Shown here: in pieces, positions 37,430 through 49,889 of the stretch | How positions within the stretch are numbered: the first letter of the stretch is position 1 | Layout of the letters: the number at the start of each line of letters is the position of its first letter | NCBI GenBank assembly: GCA_013265495.1 | Contig: MU058636.1 | Coordinates: 5,119,741 to 5,183,740, forward strand | Direction: 5' to 3' | DNA length: 64,000 nt | From: Vicugna vicugna | Taxonomy: Eukaryota | The notes under the pieces: model-generated | Told to the model about the DNA's origin: nothing | The model's database searches: none | The model's input: the letters and a program-made list of their open reading frames with translations, nothing else | Translations under genes and position numbers: made by a program

Positions 37430-39545
37430 ATGAAGCATTCTGCATGTCTAAGAATGGGATGCTAGCAGAAGTGCTGAGAGAGGGGAGGAAAATCCATACC
37501 CTTATTTGTGTCTGTTCACATGAGGACAGATGTGGTTCCTTCCATGGCACTGACTGCCCTTCTGGGGGCTCAGGTTTGGCCTCTGTTTCTGGCAGTTTGG
37601 GAAATCAGGAGTGGTGGTGGCCAGATTAGATTTATTGAAGGTAAGGCTATTTTCCATAACCTCTTTGGAGCCAGCTCTGGAGTGGCTGCCCGACATGCCA
37701 AGAATGGGCTATCTTTTCCATCTGATTTTTGAGAATCTTCTCTGCCACGAATGTCTCTGGCAGACATGTACCTGGGTCATAAACATCTTCGTGTTCTGTA
37801 GTTAGATCCACCATGTATCTCTACCCCAGACCTCCCTGTCACTAATCTTTCAAGCCTCTGAGCAAGCAGCCAACCATTAGCCATTGCTAGTGAATCATTA
37901 TAGATTTGTATCCCAGGCCGTTTCTCCTTCTGCATGAAGTAGATGACCAGACGTGTTCCTTGAAGTTCTGCCCACCAGGATAATTTCCTTCGTCACTGCC
38001 TTCCAGGGCCATCTCTGAGTGAGGTAACGGTGTAGGCATCTGCTTCTTGCTGGTGCAGCGTATCGCGCTGATTCATCTGTAGACAAGGTCTGTGCTTCTA
38101 CCTTCTGGTAACTGGACGTAATGGACTCACCCCGAGGCCCTGGTGTGGGTTAAGCGGGGGCGGTGAAGCAGTAGGAGCAGGAGGCAGGGAGTCAGAGCCA
38201 GCTGCTGATACAGTTTGCTTGAAGCTGCTCAATTCTGATCTCATATATACCACTTTCAATTTATAATGGAATGTAGCTGTGCCTGTCCAGTTGATGGTTT
38301 GGCGGATTAGCCCTCTACTGGGGCCAGTAGCCAGCCAGGGGCTGCTTTTATAATGGAGAGTAGTCGTCAGCAGAGGAGGGCATTGGGCTTACCAGCCACT
38401 CTAACAGGGCTCCACTGACACTTTCCGTACCTTTGGGTCTGTTGGTTATAAGGTGTAAGTGGTAGGGCAGCTTGCACCACAGCCTGAAAGTGCTGCAGAG
38501 CACTTTTTAAATTTCTGCCCCAGTCAACATTAGCAGCCTATGTGTTCCTTTGTATGTGAACTATTGCGGCACATATCTGTATGTGGTATATATTGCTCCC
38601 CCAAACAAAAGAGGACCACCAACAGTATTTCTTTCTTTGTGGTAGGTGGGACAAGGTGCAGAGGCTTTGTTCTTACTGAAGAGGGAGATTTCCCTCTCCG
38701 ACTTCGCTGCACACCACTGTACCCCTGGAAACTTCAGTATTGCAGGCCCACTTATGCTTTCAGGGGTATTCTCTCCTGACCGCTGGCATACGGATGTCTT
38801 ACTTGGGCATCTAGGGTGCTTGATATAACGTGTTCTTAAGATCAGGTCGTCGATATAATGAACCAGAATGATGTTCTATGAGATATCAAGATGATCATGA
38901 TGCTTTCAATATCTTTTGGATTCTTCTTTGTGTATATATACACACATTCATATGTATGTATATAAAATATATACATGAGTTGATATAGTTCTGGGGGTAA
39001 GGGGTCAGGGTAAATGCAGGTTTGGGCCCTGCCAGCAAAGATACCACAATTGGAACTGCAGATGTGGTTGTTATCGTCCATTATTATCATCTGATTATGT
39101 CTGCAATGATCTATAGTCATTTTTCGTGACCCACCTAACCTTTACTCTTAGCCAAAAGCATGAGTAACTAGGCATGTGACAGGAATCACCACCCTTTATC
39201 TCTCAAGTCTTTGATGGTAGCACTGGTCTCTGCAGTCTGTCGAGAGATGTACTTTGCTTTTGCTTTATGCTCTGTGATGAGAGTGAGTTTTGGAGGATAG
39301 TTCCTGGGGTTTCCACTTGGCTCTCCTTGTCAAAACAGCCTTTACTTCACAGGTTAGGAAACTCGTGAGGAGCTTTTGCTAGTTACTCAGTATACCTATT
39401 GGCACTGCACAATTCATCTGGATCTGGGCATGTATCTACTAAATGGGTGCCCAGCCCCACTGGCCTTACTGTTAGGTGGACTCAGGCCACACCTCTTTCT
39501 AACACTGATCTGGTAGGGCCCTGCTCTAACTAGTGGCCCACAGAG
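37430..39545 (-). mobile_element. ERV-L (class III) pol fossil: RT, RNase H and integrase N-terminus
   Basis: ILVHYIDDLI (YIDD at 38846-38857), LHLVPPTTKKE (ORF 38530-38712), STDESARYA (RNase H, ORF 37898-38086) and LATTTPDFPNCQKQRPNLSP (integrase Zn-finger region, ORF 37502-37696). The order is collinear with HERV-L pol. Confidence 0.92.
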
Positions 39546-39564
39546 GCATTTGGAATTGCAGTGC

Positions 39565-39745
39565 ATGTGTAACTGGTAAAATCTGAATGAGGTCTATCAG
39601 TTGTACCAATTTCTTGACTTTGTTATTGTGCTAAAGTGTGTGAGATGTTAATATTAGGTAAAGAGGAGGGTGTCTGGAACTTCCCTGTACATTTCTCTGT
39701 AGCCTCCCTTGAACCTATAATTATTTCAAATAAAAATTTTAAAAC
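39565..39745 (+). mobile_element. L1MC/MD extreme 3' end
   Basis: ACTGGTAAAATCTGAATGAGGTCT...GATGTTAATATTAGG...TATAATTATTTCAAATAAAAATTTTAAAA. Confidence 0.82.
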
Positions 39746-41269
39746 ATAGTTGCAAAAATGATTGACTTGCTAGACTGTTGAAAGGATTAGCGAAAAATGG
39801 ATCAAGTATAATATCTAGCCCAGAGTAGATTTTTAATCATAGTTATACAAACACAGACATATGTGCACATCTGCATTTATGCCTTTCCTAGTCTCCTGCC
39901 AGTGAGACATGGGCTTTAAGTCGTTTGTCTGTCAGATGTAACATGTATACCTCACTCTGTATTCTGATTTCCCTTTTGACTCAGGGCACCAATGACAAAA
40001 CAACTGTTGGGGGTGAAACTCACAACCTAGGTCCCAACCAAAGGAGGTACCTGGTCACCTTTATATGTGAAGGTGGGAATAGATCCACTCCATGGCACCT
40101 GGAACATGTGAGTTCCAGTGAGGCAGCTACATCAGTGTGGGCAGAAGATGATGTTGGTGGTGACACTGGAAAGAGTGGGGTGGAGAAATAGAGGAGTCTG
40201 AGATGAGGAGGCTGGGAAGAAGACTAAGGGTGGTGATTGGACACAGAGTACTGAGTCATACATCAAAGAACCGTGGCTCTGCCCAGGTCTGCCATGAAGG
40301 ACAAGACTGGTGTTCATCTTCCAACTAACACTTAAGAACTTGGGCATGATGTCTAAATACATAATCAAAGTTAATCTTGTTGCCATTATCTTATTCATTA
40401 TAGTGATTTTCTGATTGCTTTTATGGATCATTGTAAAACTAGCTTTGAATGAGATATGTCTTTTCCCTTTTTCTGTCTTAATTTTTAAGAGTGCCTATAT
40501 TCTTCAGTTGCTAAGTAACAAGCCTATAATGTGTTATCACAGTGGTTCTATCTGAATAATTTCTGTAATCACTTAGGAGATTGCTTTAATAGTATATCAT
40601 CTTAAATGGTAAGAAATGACTAATTCTAGGCTGTTTGGAGAACGCTGACAAGTATTTCCTCAGAGGCAGGAGGTTCATCAGCCAAGGAGCATAAAGACAG
40701 AGCACATGATACACGCCTCGCACACGGCAGCTCTCCTTCGCAAGTTTACCACTCCCTTCGGTGTCTCCAGATGGAACACGCACTCACTAGGAGCTTCTAT
40801 CTCAAGTTTCCAAGAGCCAGAGGATCCAGAAGGAGAGATTTTTGAAAAGGAATATTTTTCTCTAGTGACTTGCAGAATTGCATTTATCATAAATGAAGCA
40901 GGATACAAAGTAAGGCAGTGCTGCTCTAGTTCTATCAGGGCAGAAACACGAGCAGAGCTGAGACATGAAAATATCATAACTGTCCTAACCAAAGGGACCC
41001 CAGATCAGAGGCCCATCAGTGTGGCTACAGGTGACCCTCTGTGTAGTCAGATCTTCTGCCTTTTCTGTAAAGGTCCTGGAACAGGTGGCCAGGAGCTCAG
41101 AAACATGTTCAACTGAGGTGGGGACCAACAGGATGAGCTGTGAATCTGAGCCCCCAAACAGGCCAGGTTTGTGTAGTTCCCATGGGCAGACCCTACCCCA
41201 GCCCTGACCATCTTACAGAAGCCACGGTCCAGGTCAATGTGTATGTGCTACAGAAGATACATTCAGGTC

Positions 41270-41730
41270 TCTCCTATTTAGAAGAAATGACTCCCTTAAC
41301 CTTTCCCTCTCTTCTGTGATTGACCAATTTCCTCCCTTTCTCCCCAGACTTTCAGGAAGACCCATGCTGCTCTCACTGTCTACACTGCCTTGCCCCTCAT
41401 TCGACCTGCATCCCATTGCAATCTGGGTCCCACTCTCCTCTCCAAATAATCATGAAACTATTTTTCCTATAGGTCAGTTGTGATGTCCTAAATGCCCTGT
41501 TCTATTATCAGCACTCAACCTGAGGGATATGCCTGCATGTTTGACATGGGACATGATCTCCTCCTTGAAGTTTGCTTCTCAAAGGCCCCTGGTTCCCCTC
41601 TCTTGGTCTTTCTGTCAGCCCCATCTCCTAATTCTTCTCCTATTTCTTTCTTTGTTTCTTCTTGGTCCCCTTTGCTGGCTCCTCTTTTTCTTTCCACTCT
41701 GTAATTGGTTGTCTGGGAGATTCATACCTT
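41270..41730 (+). mobile_element. L2 ORF2 fragment
   Basis: Pyrimidine-rich sequence with CCCATTGCAATCTGG...GCATGTTTGACA...TCTCCTCCTTGAAG. Confidence 0.55.
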
Positions 41731-42090
41731 AGCCCTTCCTACTTTTACCTCTTTTTGGCCACCTCTTCCTCCCTCCCACCTGCCAAATCCAGAGCCAGCT
41801 TATCCATCCTACTTTGTGCCAGGCACTGTGCTAGTGCTGGAAATACAGAAGTGAGTAAGACACAGTCTCTGACTGTGCTAGACACGCGAGCATCTAGAGG
41901 AATAGAGGAAGCGACAGATGGGTAAATGTTGGTGTAGCCGGGACAAGTTTAGACAGGCCCTGGTGGGGCGAGAACCAATTCTGCACGGTGGGGAGGAACA
42001 GGCAGCGCAGTGTCCCACTGGGGTACTTACCATGTTGTGTATTCATTAGAAGTGGAGGGCTGTCAGGTCTAAGTCGTGGCTTTCCAGGAG

Positions 42091-42095
<5 letters not shown>

Positions 42096-42123
<28 letters not shown>
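42096..42123 (+). repeat. (GT)n microsatellite
   Basis: Perfect run. Confidence 0.97.
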
Positions 42124-42126
<3 letters not shown>

Positions 42127-42484
42127 ATATGCTCATGTGCCCAGACACCTTGAGCAGTGGAGGAATGGTGTGGAGAGAACCTTAATCCATTTTAAGACGG
42201 AGACCTTCTCTTAGTGCTTCAAGTGTGAGTTACCAGAAGAGCTAGTTGGGGGAAGCTGGCTTTGCCCTGGTCTGCAGATGAATCATTATTTTTTGTATTG
42301 CTCCTTTGAACTCTGTGTTCAGGGTACCAAGTTATTTTTCTGTCTCCAATGGTGATTTGAAACGTATTTAACAAAGATGTTAACACAGGTCAATCAGAAT
42401 GAATGAACATGACTCCAGAGGTCCCTTTCTGTGCCATAAATTAAATCCTTTCATTCTTGATCATAGGGAAGTGTGAGTGTGACT

Positions 42485-42487
<3 letters not shown>

Positions 42488-42516
<29 letters not shown>
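42488..42516 (+). repeat. (TG)n microsatellite
   Basis: Perfect run. Confidence 0.97.
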
Positions 42517-42519
<3 letters not shown>

Positions 42520-42829
42520 GGTATCAGGGCGTGTCCTGAGGGAGGGCCTGAGGTTGTTGATGCAGAAGGGAGGGACTGTATGGGAGTCTTGGGACAGTGC
42601 AATTTCCCAGTGATATGAAAGTGCTTCAATACTTTAAGATCCTGTAAGTCCATACAGAGGCATTGCTCCCTCCCTCTTGAGACTGCAAATTCTCTGAGGA
42701 CAGGCTAGACCTTAATCATTTCTGAGACACTGAATCTTAGTATAGTGTTCTGCTTATAGCAAGTGACTGATAAATGCTTGCTGACTAGATAAAGTGGAAT
42801 TAATGGTTTAGTAAAATCTGGTGAATGAG

Positions 42830-43115
42830 TCATATAGACTAGGTTTTGCCGTGATAACAAAAACCCCCAAATCATAGAGGCTCATTACACAGAAGTTAGT
42901 TTCTTGTGTATATGACTTTATTGCAGGTCCTCTGGGTGCTCTGCTCCTGTCTCCTCCCTCTGGGACTCAGGCTCACTGGGTGACTGTCATCTGAAATGGG
43001 TGGTCCCTGTGTGTGGCAGAGGGAAAAAGGAGAAAGTGACAAAGTGTGAACTGACTCTTAAAGCTCATGCCAAAAAATGTCACTTCTGCTTGCATTTCAT
43101 TGACCAAAGAAGCCT
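42830..43115 (-). mobile_element. Old MLT1-type LTR
   Basis: CTAGGTTTTGCCGTGATAACAAAAACCCCCAAATC...GGGACTCAGGCT...TCACTTCTGCTTGCATTTCATTGACCAAAG. Confidence 0.7.
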
Positions 43116-43179
43116 AATTTGATGCCACCTCCCCCTTTTTTTTTAATGAAAGACAGTTTTCATAAGTGTAACACAGTTG

Positions 43180-43480
43180 CTAATTCTGGGCCCTATACTT
43201 GGCCATATGACTAGCTTTGAACAACAGAATGAAACCAAGTGAGTGTCCCTGTCCTGAGCTTAGTCCTTAGAAGGACTTTCATGATCATGCTTGCATGCAT
43301 TCTTGGGTCTCTGTCACTGCTGTGAGGAGAACATTCCTCAGTGGCCTGCTCATCCAAGGAGGTGGGGTGACATGGGGAGCAGAGTCCAGAACAGTCCAGA
43401 CACAAGAGAAATGATAAGAATTGCTGTTTTAAGCCACTGAGTTTAGAGGTTTGTTACTCAGTTAATACTTAGCTGATATA
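43180..43480 (+). mobile_element. MLT1-type LTR
   Basis: TTGGCCATATGACTAGCTTTG...TTGCTGTTTTAAGCCACTGAGTTT...GCTGATATA. Confidence 0.75.
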
Positions 43481-43489
43481 CCTACTTAA

Positions 43490-44012
43490 TAGCCACAGCC
43501 CCTTTCTTCCTTGTTATAGACTCCTGATTTTGTTACTGGTGGCAATGTGCCATTATTGGTTTATGCTGATTGGGTCACTTCTGTTACCGTTTGTCAGATA
43601 CTTTCTTTCCCAGACCTCCTTGCAGCTAGTGGTGACCATATAACTGAGGAGACTTAATGGGAAATCTTGTTTCTGGAAAAAATTTACCTTCATGACAAAG
43701 ATAAAGCCCTTTTCTGCCTATCCCTTTCTTTCCAGGTTGGGCATTGGTATGACTATGTGATGGCTGGAACTGTGGAAGCCATATTGTCACCATGAGGTCA
43801 CAAATTTAAGGATGAGAAGCCCACATACTGCAGATGCCCGAATAGAAGGATGAGAAAAGACTGGGGTTTTGAACACACTGTTGAGCTTCAGAATAAACCC
43901 TGGGACCACCTACCTCCAGGATCTCACCAGGTAAACAATGATGATCTTTGTGAGTTAACCCACTATCAGTCAGATTTTCTGTTATGGCAGCCCAATGCAT
44001 TCTCGAGTGGTG
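43490..44012 (+). mobile_element. MLT1J/K-like LTR
   Basis: TTTCCCAGACCTCCTTGCAGCTAG...GTGATGGCTGGAACTGTGGAAGCCATATTGT...TTTCTGTTATGGCAGCC. Confidence 0.78.
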
Positions 44013-44064
44013 ACGGATACAGTGAAGATGGAGCAGAAGTGTGTGTCACAGTGCTATGAAGAAA

Positions 44065-44215
44065 ATATTGTACTGAGACTTGAAAAAAAACCTTTTCCTA
44101 ATTAGCTGCGTAACCTTGAGTAATTCACTCACCTCTTCCGGCCGCAGTTCCCTCTTGAGAAAGAAGAGGGCATTTAACTAGATAATCTCTAAGATTTTGC
44201 AGTTCTAACATTGAC
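44065..44215 (+). mobile_element. MIR/MIR3
   Basis: TAGCTGCGTAACCTTGAGTAATTCACTCACCTCT...CAGTTCCCTC...CTAGATAATCTCTAAG. Confidence 0.75.
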
Positions 44216-47134
44216 TCTGAACATGCACTCAAGTCTCTGGCTGCCGCAGCAGGGCAAATATTCACAGAGGACTTTGGAGAACTGTTAACTATGCCCAAGG
44301 AAAAGACAGAATAGTGGTTCTGTTACAAATGCTCAGCTCTGGGCTTGTAAATCACGAGTTTCTTTTTCATTCATGTCTAATACAAGTCTTACCTGCTCTA
44401 GGGGACTTTCATCGAATGCTCATTAGGTGCTTCATTTATAAACAATGATTTGCAGGCGATGAACGAATGCTTCCTCTTCAGGAAGCAGGTGTTGTGGGAT
44501 GAGGAGATACATGCTGGCTAATGCCTCGTCATCCAGATTCACAGAAATCTCTGGTATCCTGGGCGGGTTTGACACCATTCTGGGGAGAGAACTAAGGGGA
44601 CACATCTTCTGAATAAATTAGTCTATTTATTCAGTTTCTGGTTCTGCAGGATAGAGCGTTGGCCATATCCCAGAGAAGCTTCAGCAGGGAGAAAAAAAAA
44701 ATCACCTTATTTTCTGCTTTAGCCAACAGCATCTTCCTGCCCAGACTCTGCAAAACGGACTTGCTTAGCTTTGCAGGCTCCTCCAGCTGCCACTGTTTCT
44801 CTCTGGCCTTCTGGTTACACATGCCCCTAGCTTAGTCAGATTTCTTCAGTTATATTTCTTTTTCCCTCCAACCATTTTTCTTTAACTTCTCCTTGTTCTT
44901 CACCACTGTGATATCCGTTAAGTTTTTTCCTTTTCTTCCATTTCCTCCCAACTTCTAGTATCTCTATCACTGTCTCCTCCTTTCTCCCTCTCCTGCTATA
45001 TCCTGAAAAGCTTCTTTGAGTTTTGATGTTCCTAAAATTGAATGAGAACTTTGGGAGTCATGATTGTATGATGTAATGATACAGAAGGATTTTCCCAGCT
45101 ACTATTTGCTGTTCAAAGAGAATTTCACAGCTATGATCTTGGTCTATTTTCAGTATAATATCCTGTAACATAATTTTAGCTCTGTAAACATGTTGGATAA
45201 AAGTGGAATTTGGGAAGAAGGGCAAATTCTAGGGCATAACTGGGGCAGAGCAGTGGAGACCACCCCAGCACATGAATGTCATTCATTTATATATGGATTT
45301 TACCAACCTCCACTGAAGATGACTGTGAAATTCTAAAGCACTGAGCTAAGGACTGTAAGGGGCAATGAATTACCTTATGCACGTACATGTCATACATGGA
45401 GCTACCATAGAGGGGGCGCAGGCAGGAGTTGTAAAGGGAAGAATTTCCTCTTATATAGCATGACATGCCCTAGGAGATATCAAGATTAAATGCTGCATTT
45501 CATCAGAGCTGATTCTAACCAGCTGAAGTGGACCCAAGCACCAAACTGTACTAGGCCCCATGTAGAGACTAGTCCCTGAAAATGGAAATGGATTTGTTTG
45601 AACCAACCAGGTACAGGCATTTAGATTAATTTCCAGAGTGCTGGTTTTCAAGCCTTAATCACTGTGAAGCCCTCTTTCTACATTAAAGATCCCTGACTTT
45701 CCCTCCTCAGCTCACTATTCATTGAACTTCTTAGCTTGTGTGTGCTTCTTTGCCTGGCAAGTCGATAAAGTGGATTTGTGGATTTTATTTATTTTATTAT
45801 TTTATAGCTCTGGTAGTCTTCGTTTTATTATTTTTCAGAATATAGGCTGCAGGGGAGCTCGCTGATGTTTAACACCTGGCAGCAGCACATAAAAAGTTCT
45901 GAACAGTAAGAACAACTGAATGAAAAACAATGAAACTGAACAACAACAAACCAGTAACAGCAGCAGGAGCAGAATAACAGCCAGTCTCACTCATCAGACA
46001 GACCTTTGCTAGGAAATGAAACCCGCAGTAACTTCCCAGCTCGGGTGATTTCTAACTGAGAGTGGGTTTCAACTGGTTTCAAAAGTGAAACCATTCAGTA
46101 TCTAGATCTGAGCATTGCTTCTAGATGTCTGTGTGGTTTCACCTTCAAGTTTCGCGGACTGATAAGGAACAGGGGCCATAATTTTAATAAAAATTGCTTG
46201 CCTGTTACTTTTTAATTACTCAGCAGGTACTGCTGCAAAGTTTGGTTCGTTTAGGTGGGAGTTGTGCATCTTTGACTCTTGTGTTGATACCTGGATTTTC
46301 TCAGAAGAATCCAGAACTTGAGTTCATTTTGTTTTCATGGTCTTATTTAAGAAACTCAGGAGATTTTCAGTTCCAGTCCTTGCTTCTGCAGCACAGCTTT
46401 CAAACTCTGGGAATTATTGGAGTCCTGTACGTCAGTCCTCAATGAGAGAAACACGTGGCACTTTCCCCACACATGTACTTTCCTCCTACATCAAGAGGCT
46501 ATTATGATTTGTTTTGCCCCTCATGGCAGATTACTAGCTTACTGCATATTTGTGAAGGGAATTTATTGAAAATGTAGTGGAATCTATTTAAATGTACTCC
46601 TTGCTGTAGGCTTACAGTATTACAGCCCAGTTGGGTTTCTGCCTCTGGCTATCCCTATCTTTTAGGGGGGTTGGACTGTAATATAAAATGCATAATGCTT
46701 TGCTGGTCCTCAGTAAGACTGGGACCCAAAGTCGTTTATGGCGACCTTCTCAGGTCCTCCCTTATTGTCATCTTTAAGTAAATGCTTATTCAGTGCCTGC
46801 CGCCCAGGGCATTATCTTGGGCATATACAAAATGACGTTTGAGTGCATTCCTTCTGTCTTCTGGGAGCTCAAATTAAGCCATCTTTCTCCCTCCCTTCCT
46901 CAAAGATTTGTTAACAGGCAGGAGAATGAACATAAGAAAAATCCTTTGATAATTCAAGAGACAAGCCAGAACAAGGTGATACCCAAGAGTGAGCACCTAG
47001 TGGCATGTTTCCACAACGTTGAGAGCAGGAGTGTGTAAGCTCGGGGGTGGGAGTAAATCTAAGGAAGAGAAATAATGGCTATTTTTCTTTCTTTTATGGA
47101 AATCTTTCCATACGATGTGGTTTTTTGGGAGGAT

Positions 47135-47590
47135 ATATCATTTATCAATTTCTGTGTGACAAACCACCCCAAAACTTAGTGACTCAAAACAGCAATGATA
47201 TATTATCTCTCACAATTCTTAGGGTTGGAAATCTGGGCAGTTCTCTTGCTTGTCTTATAATAAAAGTTGCAAGAGTTTGGGCCTGGGGAATCTAAGATGG
47301 CCTCATTCACTGTGAGCAGTTGATGCTGACTATAGGCTGGAATGGCTCTATTCTCTTTCACACAACCTCTTATCCTCCAGGAGACTGGAAAGGGCTTGTT
47401 CACAGCAAGGTGGACTCAGGGTCTTAAGGCCTAGGCTCTGGAACTTGTACAATGCCACATTCTACCGGTCCAAGCAGGTCCCAAGAACATTCCAGATTCC
47501 AGAGATGGAGAAATAGGTTCTACCTTTTAATGGGAGGACCTAAGGGACATAGACCCAGGGAGACCATTAATATAAGAATCTATCACAGCA
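47135..47590 (-). mobile_element. MLT1-type LTR (MLT1F/G/H-like)
   Basis: TGTGTGACAAACCACCCCAAAACTTAGTGACTCAAAACA...TCTAAGATGGCCTCATTCAC...CCAGATTCCAGAGATGGAGAAATAG. Confidence 0.85.
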
Positions 47591-49889
47591 CAAGTGCATC
47601 AGAAGGATGGGGATGAGGGTGGGACTTGAAGGAAGAGGATAATTTAAGAACTGAAGATGAAAATTTCTTTGGGCTCTTTGTTGTTGTCTGCAATCATGAA
47701 ATTCTTTATGTCAGCAAAGGGAAAACTGTCCCTAGTTATTTGTTTCTGGGGATACAGACTCAAAAATCTGTATTAGTGGAGGAAAAATGACGGATACCTG
47801 CGATTTTATTAAAATTTGGCATTTAGGGGATAATACATAAAATAGAAAAGCAGAAAAAATTAGAATGCCAAAGAGATGAGGGGAAACAGAAGAAGAGTTT
47901 ATCAGGAAATTATATGCACATTCCAGATTATATGTACATTTTTGAGCACACATATGAAATGCTTTCTGTCATAAGATGACTTTAACTTTATGGTTGAAGC
48001 TTTTAAAGATGGTTTTCCTTTCTGTAGCCCTGTAATTCGGGTAGGCTATCAGCAAGTGATGGGCACGTGCGTTAGCTGGGAGCCACGTGGGTTCTTTTAT
48101 TCAAGTCTCTTAGAGTGTTAGTCTTGAATTTCCTATGTATCATCAGGAAATATGTAGCTCGTTATTAAAGGAATTGAACGCCAAAGCCATTTTCAACTGC
48201 CTTTTTAGAAGTTGAATTTTAGAAATAATTCTCATAGTATGATTTTGTATCTTTTTCATCCGTCTTTAATGTTCCCTTTTTCCATTAGCTCTGAATCTAA
48301 CATCCATAGTCTTTCCAAGAAGTTCCTCCTTCAGTAGCTACTGTCCTATTTCTGTTGTAGCCACAGGAACACTGAAGAGGTTGTTGGGCTCCATTAAAGA
48401 GATGGCTTCAGTTTACCTTTCTACACACTGTATCTCTGTTTTCTTTATCCATATACAGAAGGGGGAGAATGTAAAGTAAACCATAGAAGTAAGATGCCAC
48501 AGAGATCGTAATTGTGTCTTTATTCACTGCTAGTTTATCCCCTGAGTTTTTGCTGTTGCAGAACCTCCTCATCTTTCTCTTCTCTTAATTAACTTCTTTA
48601 ACTGCAACAAGTGTGGCCTGCATGAGACATGGCAGCTTACAGTCTCTCCTTCCATTGTAATCAATAACCACTTCCTTATAAGTTGCTGTAATGTTAGGTT
48701 TCTATAGAAAATTTCCTGGTATACCTATAATAACTTTAAAAATTAAAGTTAAAAAATTTTAAATTTTATTGAAATGTTATTGAGACCTGCAACATTTTTT
48801 AACAGTTTGAAAACTAATTTACAAAGATTTGGAATAGTGGCTTACACCACTTTTATTATATAAACACCATCTTTATTTCTTGAGCCAGGACAACTCAGGT
48901 AAATAAACAAACAAATGAAAACAAGAATACAAAAATCACTCAGAGATGATCACTCTTAACTGTGTCCCAAGCTGAGTCCTCTTTTGAGAAATATTCTAGT
49001 GTGGTTCTAAGTAAGCCTGCCTAATTCTCTTCCCCTGACAGTCTCCCCAAGTTGCCCAAAAAGCTGTCCTCTTCACCTTTCAGCCAAAGGCAGCAGTGGC
49101 TATCCATCTTGAGTTGCCCTGCGGTGGTTCTGTGGGGGCAGGGATTTCGTCTGCAGCGCTCCGCGTGCAGATGTGGATGATGCTGCTTATCTCCCACTTC
49201 TCCGGTGTCAGTCAGTCTGGGGGTTAGTCAGCCTCAGCTGAATCTCAATATGGGAGCACAAGATCAAAACCCCACATTGCTCAATCTTGAGTTACTGAAG
49301 TTGGGTGAAAGCGAAGTCATTACTGGGTGCAGCATCTGGTCTCCAGGTCCCAGAGCCACAAGCAGAATGTTCTAGTCTCGGAAGTGTAATGATTTTAGCA
49401 TTTTGTGTCCCAGCTCAAGTTTTTCACAGCCTGAACTCAGTTTCCACAGCCCACTGCGGAGCTGACGACAGAAATGCCACAAGTTTCTGCAGTGGGTGCA
49501 ATATCCCGTCATTGGTTAATTATTTGCATAAACACCAAAATGTTGCCTGTAATTCGGGGGGACACAGGGACCTCAGTGGTTCTCGTCTGCAGATCAGGTG
49601 CACAGTTTCCTGCTCTAGGCTATCACTTGTTTGAACTGGTCATTAGGGGGATGTTGCAGGACAAACCATACAGAGTCAAGGATGACAGCCTTTGTCTTTA
49701 TGGCAGAATTGTTTGTTAATGTCTGTGTTAAAAAACACAGCTCTGGCAAGCAGGCATGTAGATGACACCCCCTAGTGTTGGTGATGCTGGAGCAACAGGC
49801 ATGCACTTGACCTTCTGCTGGGACTGTAAACAAGAACAATGTTTCCTCAGGACACCCAGGCAGTACAGTATCACTGCGGTTATGTATCA

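Noticed and set aside
37430..39545. Active retrovirus or functional reverse transcriptase system
   Set aside because: The reading frame is shattered and there are no LTRs. It is a fossil ERV-L.
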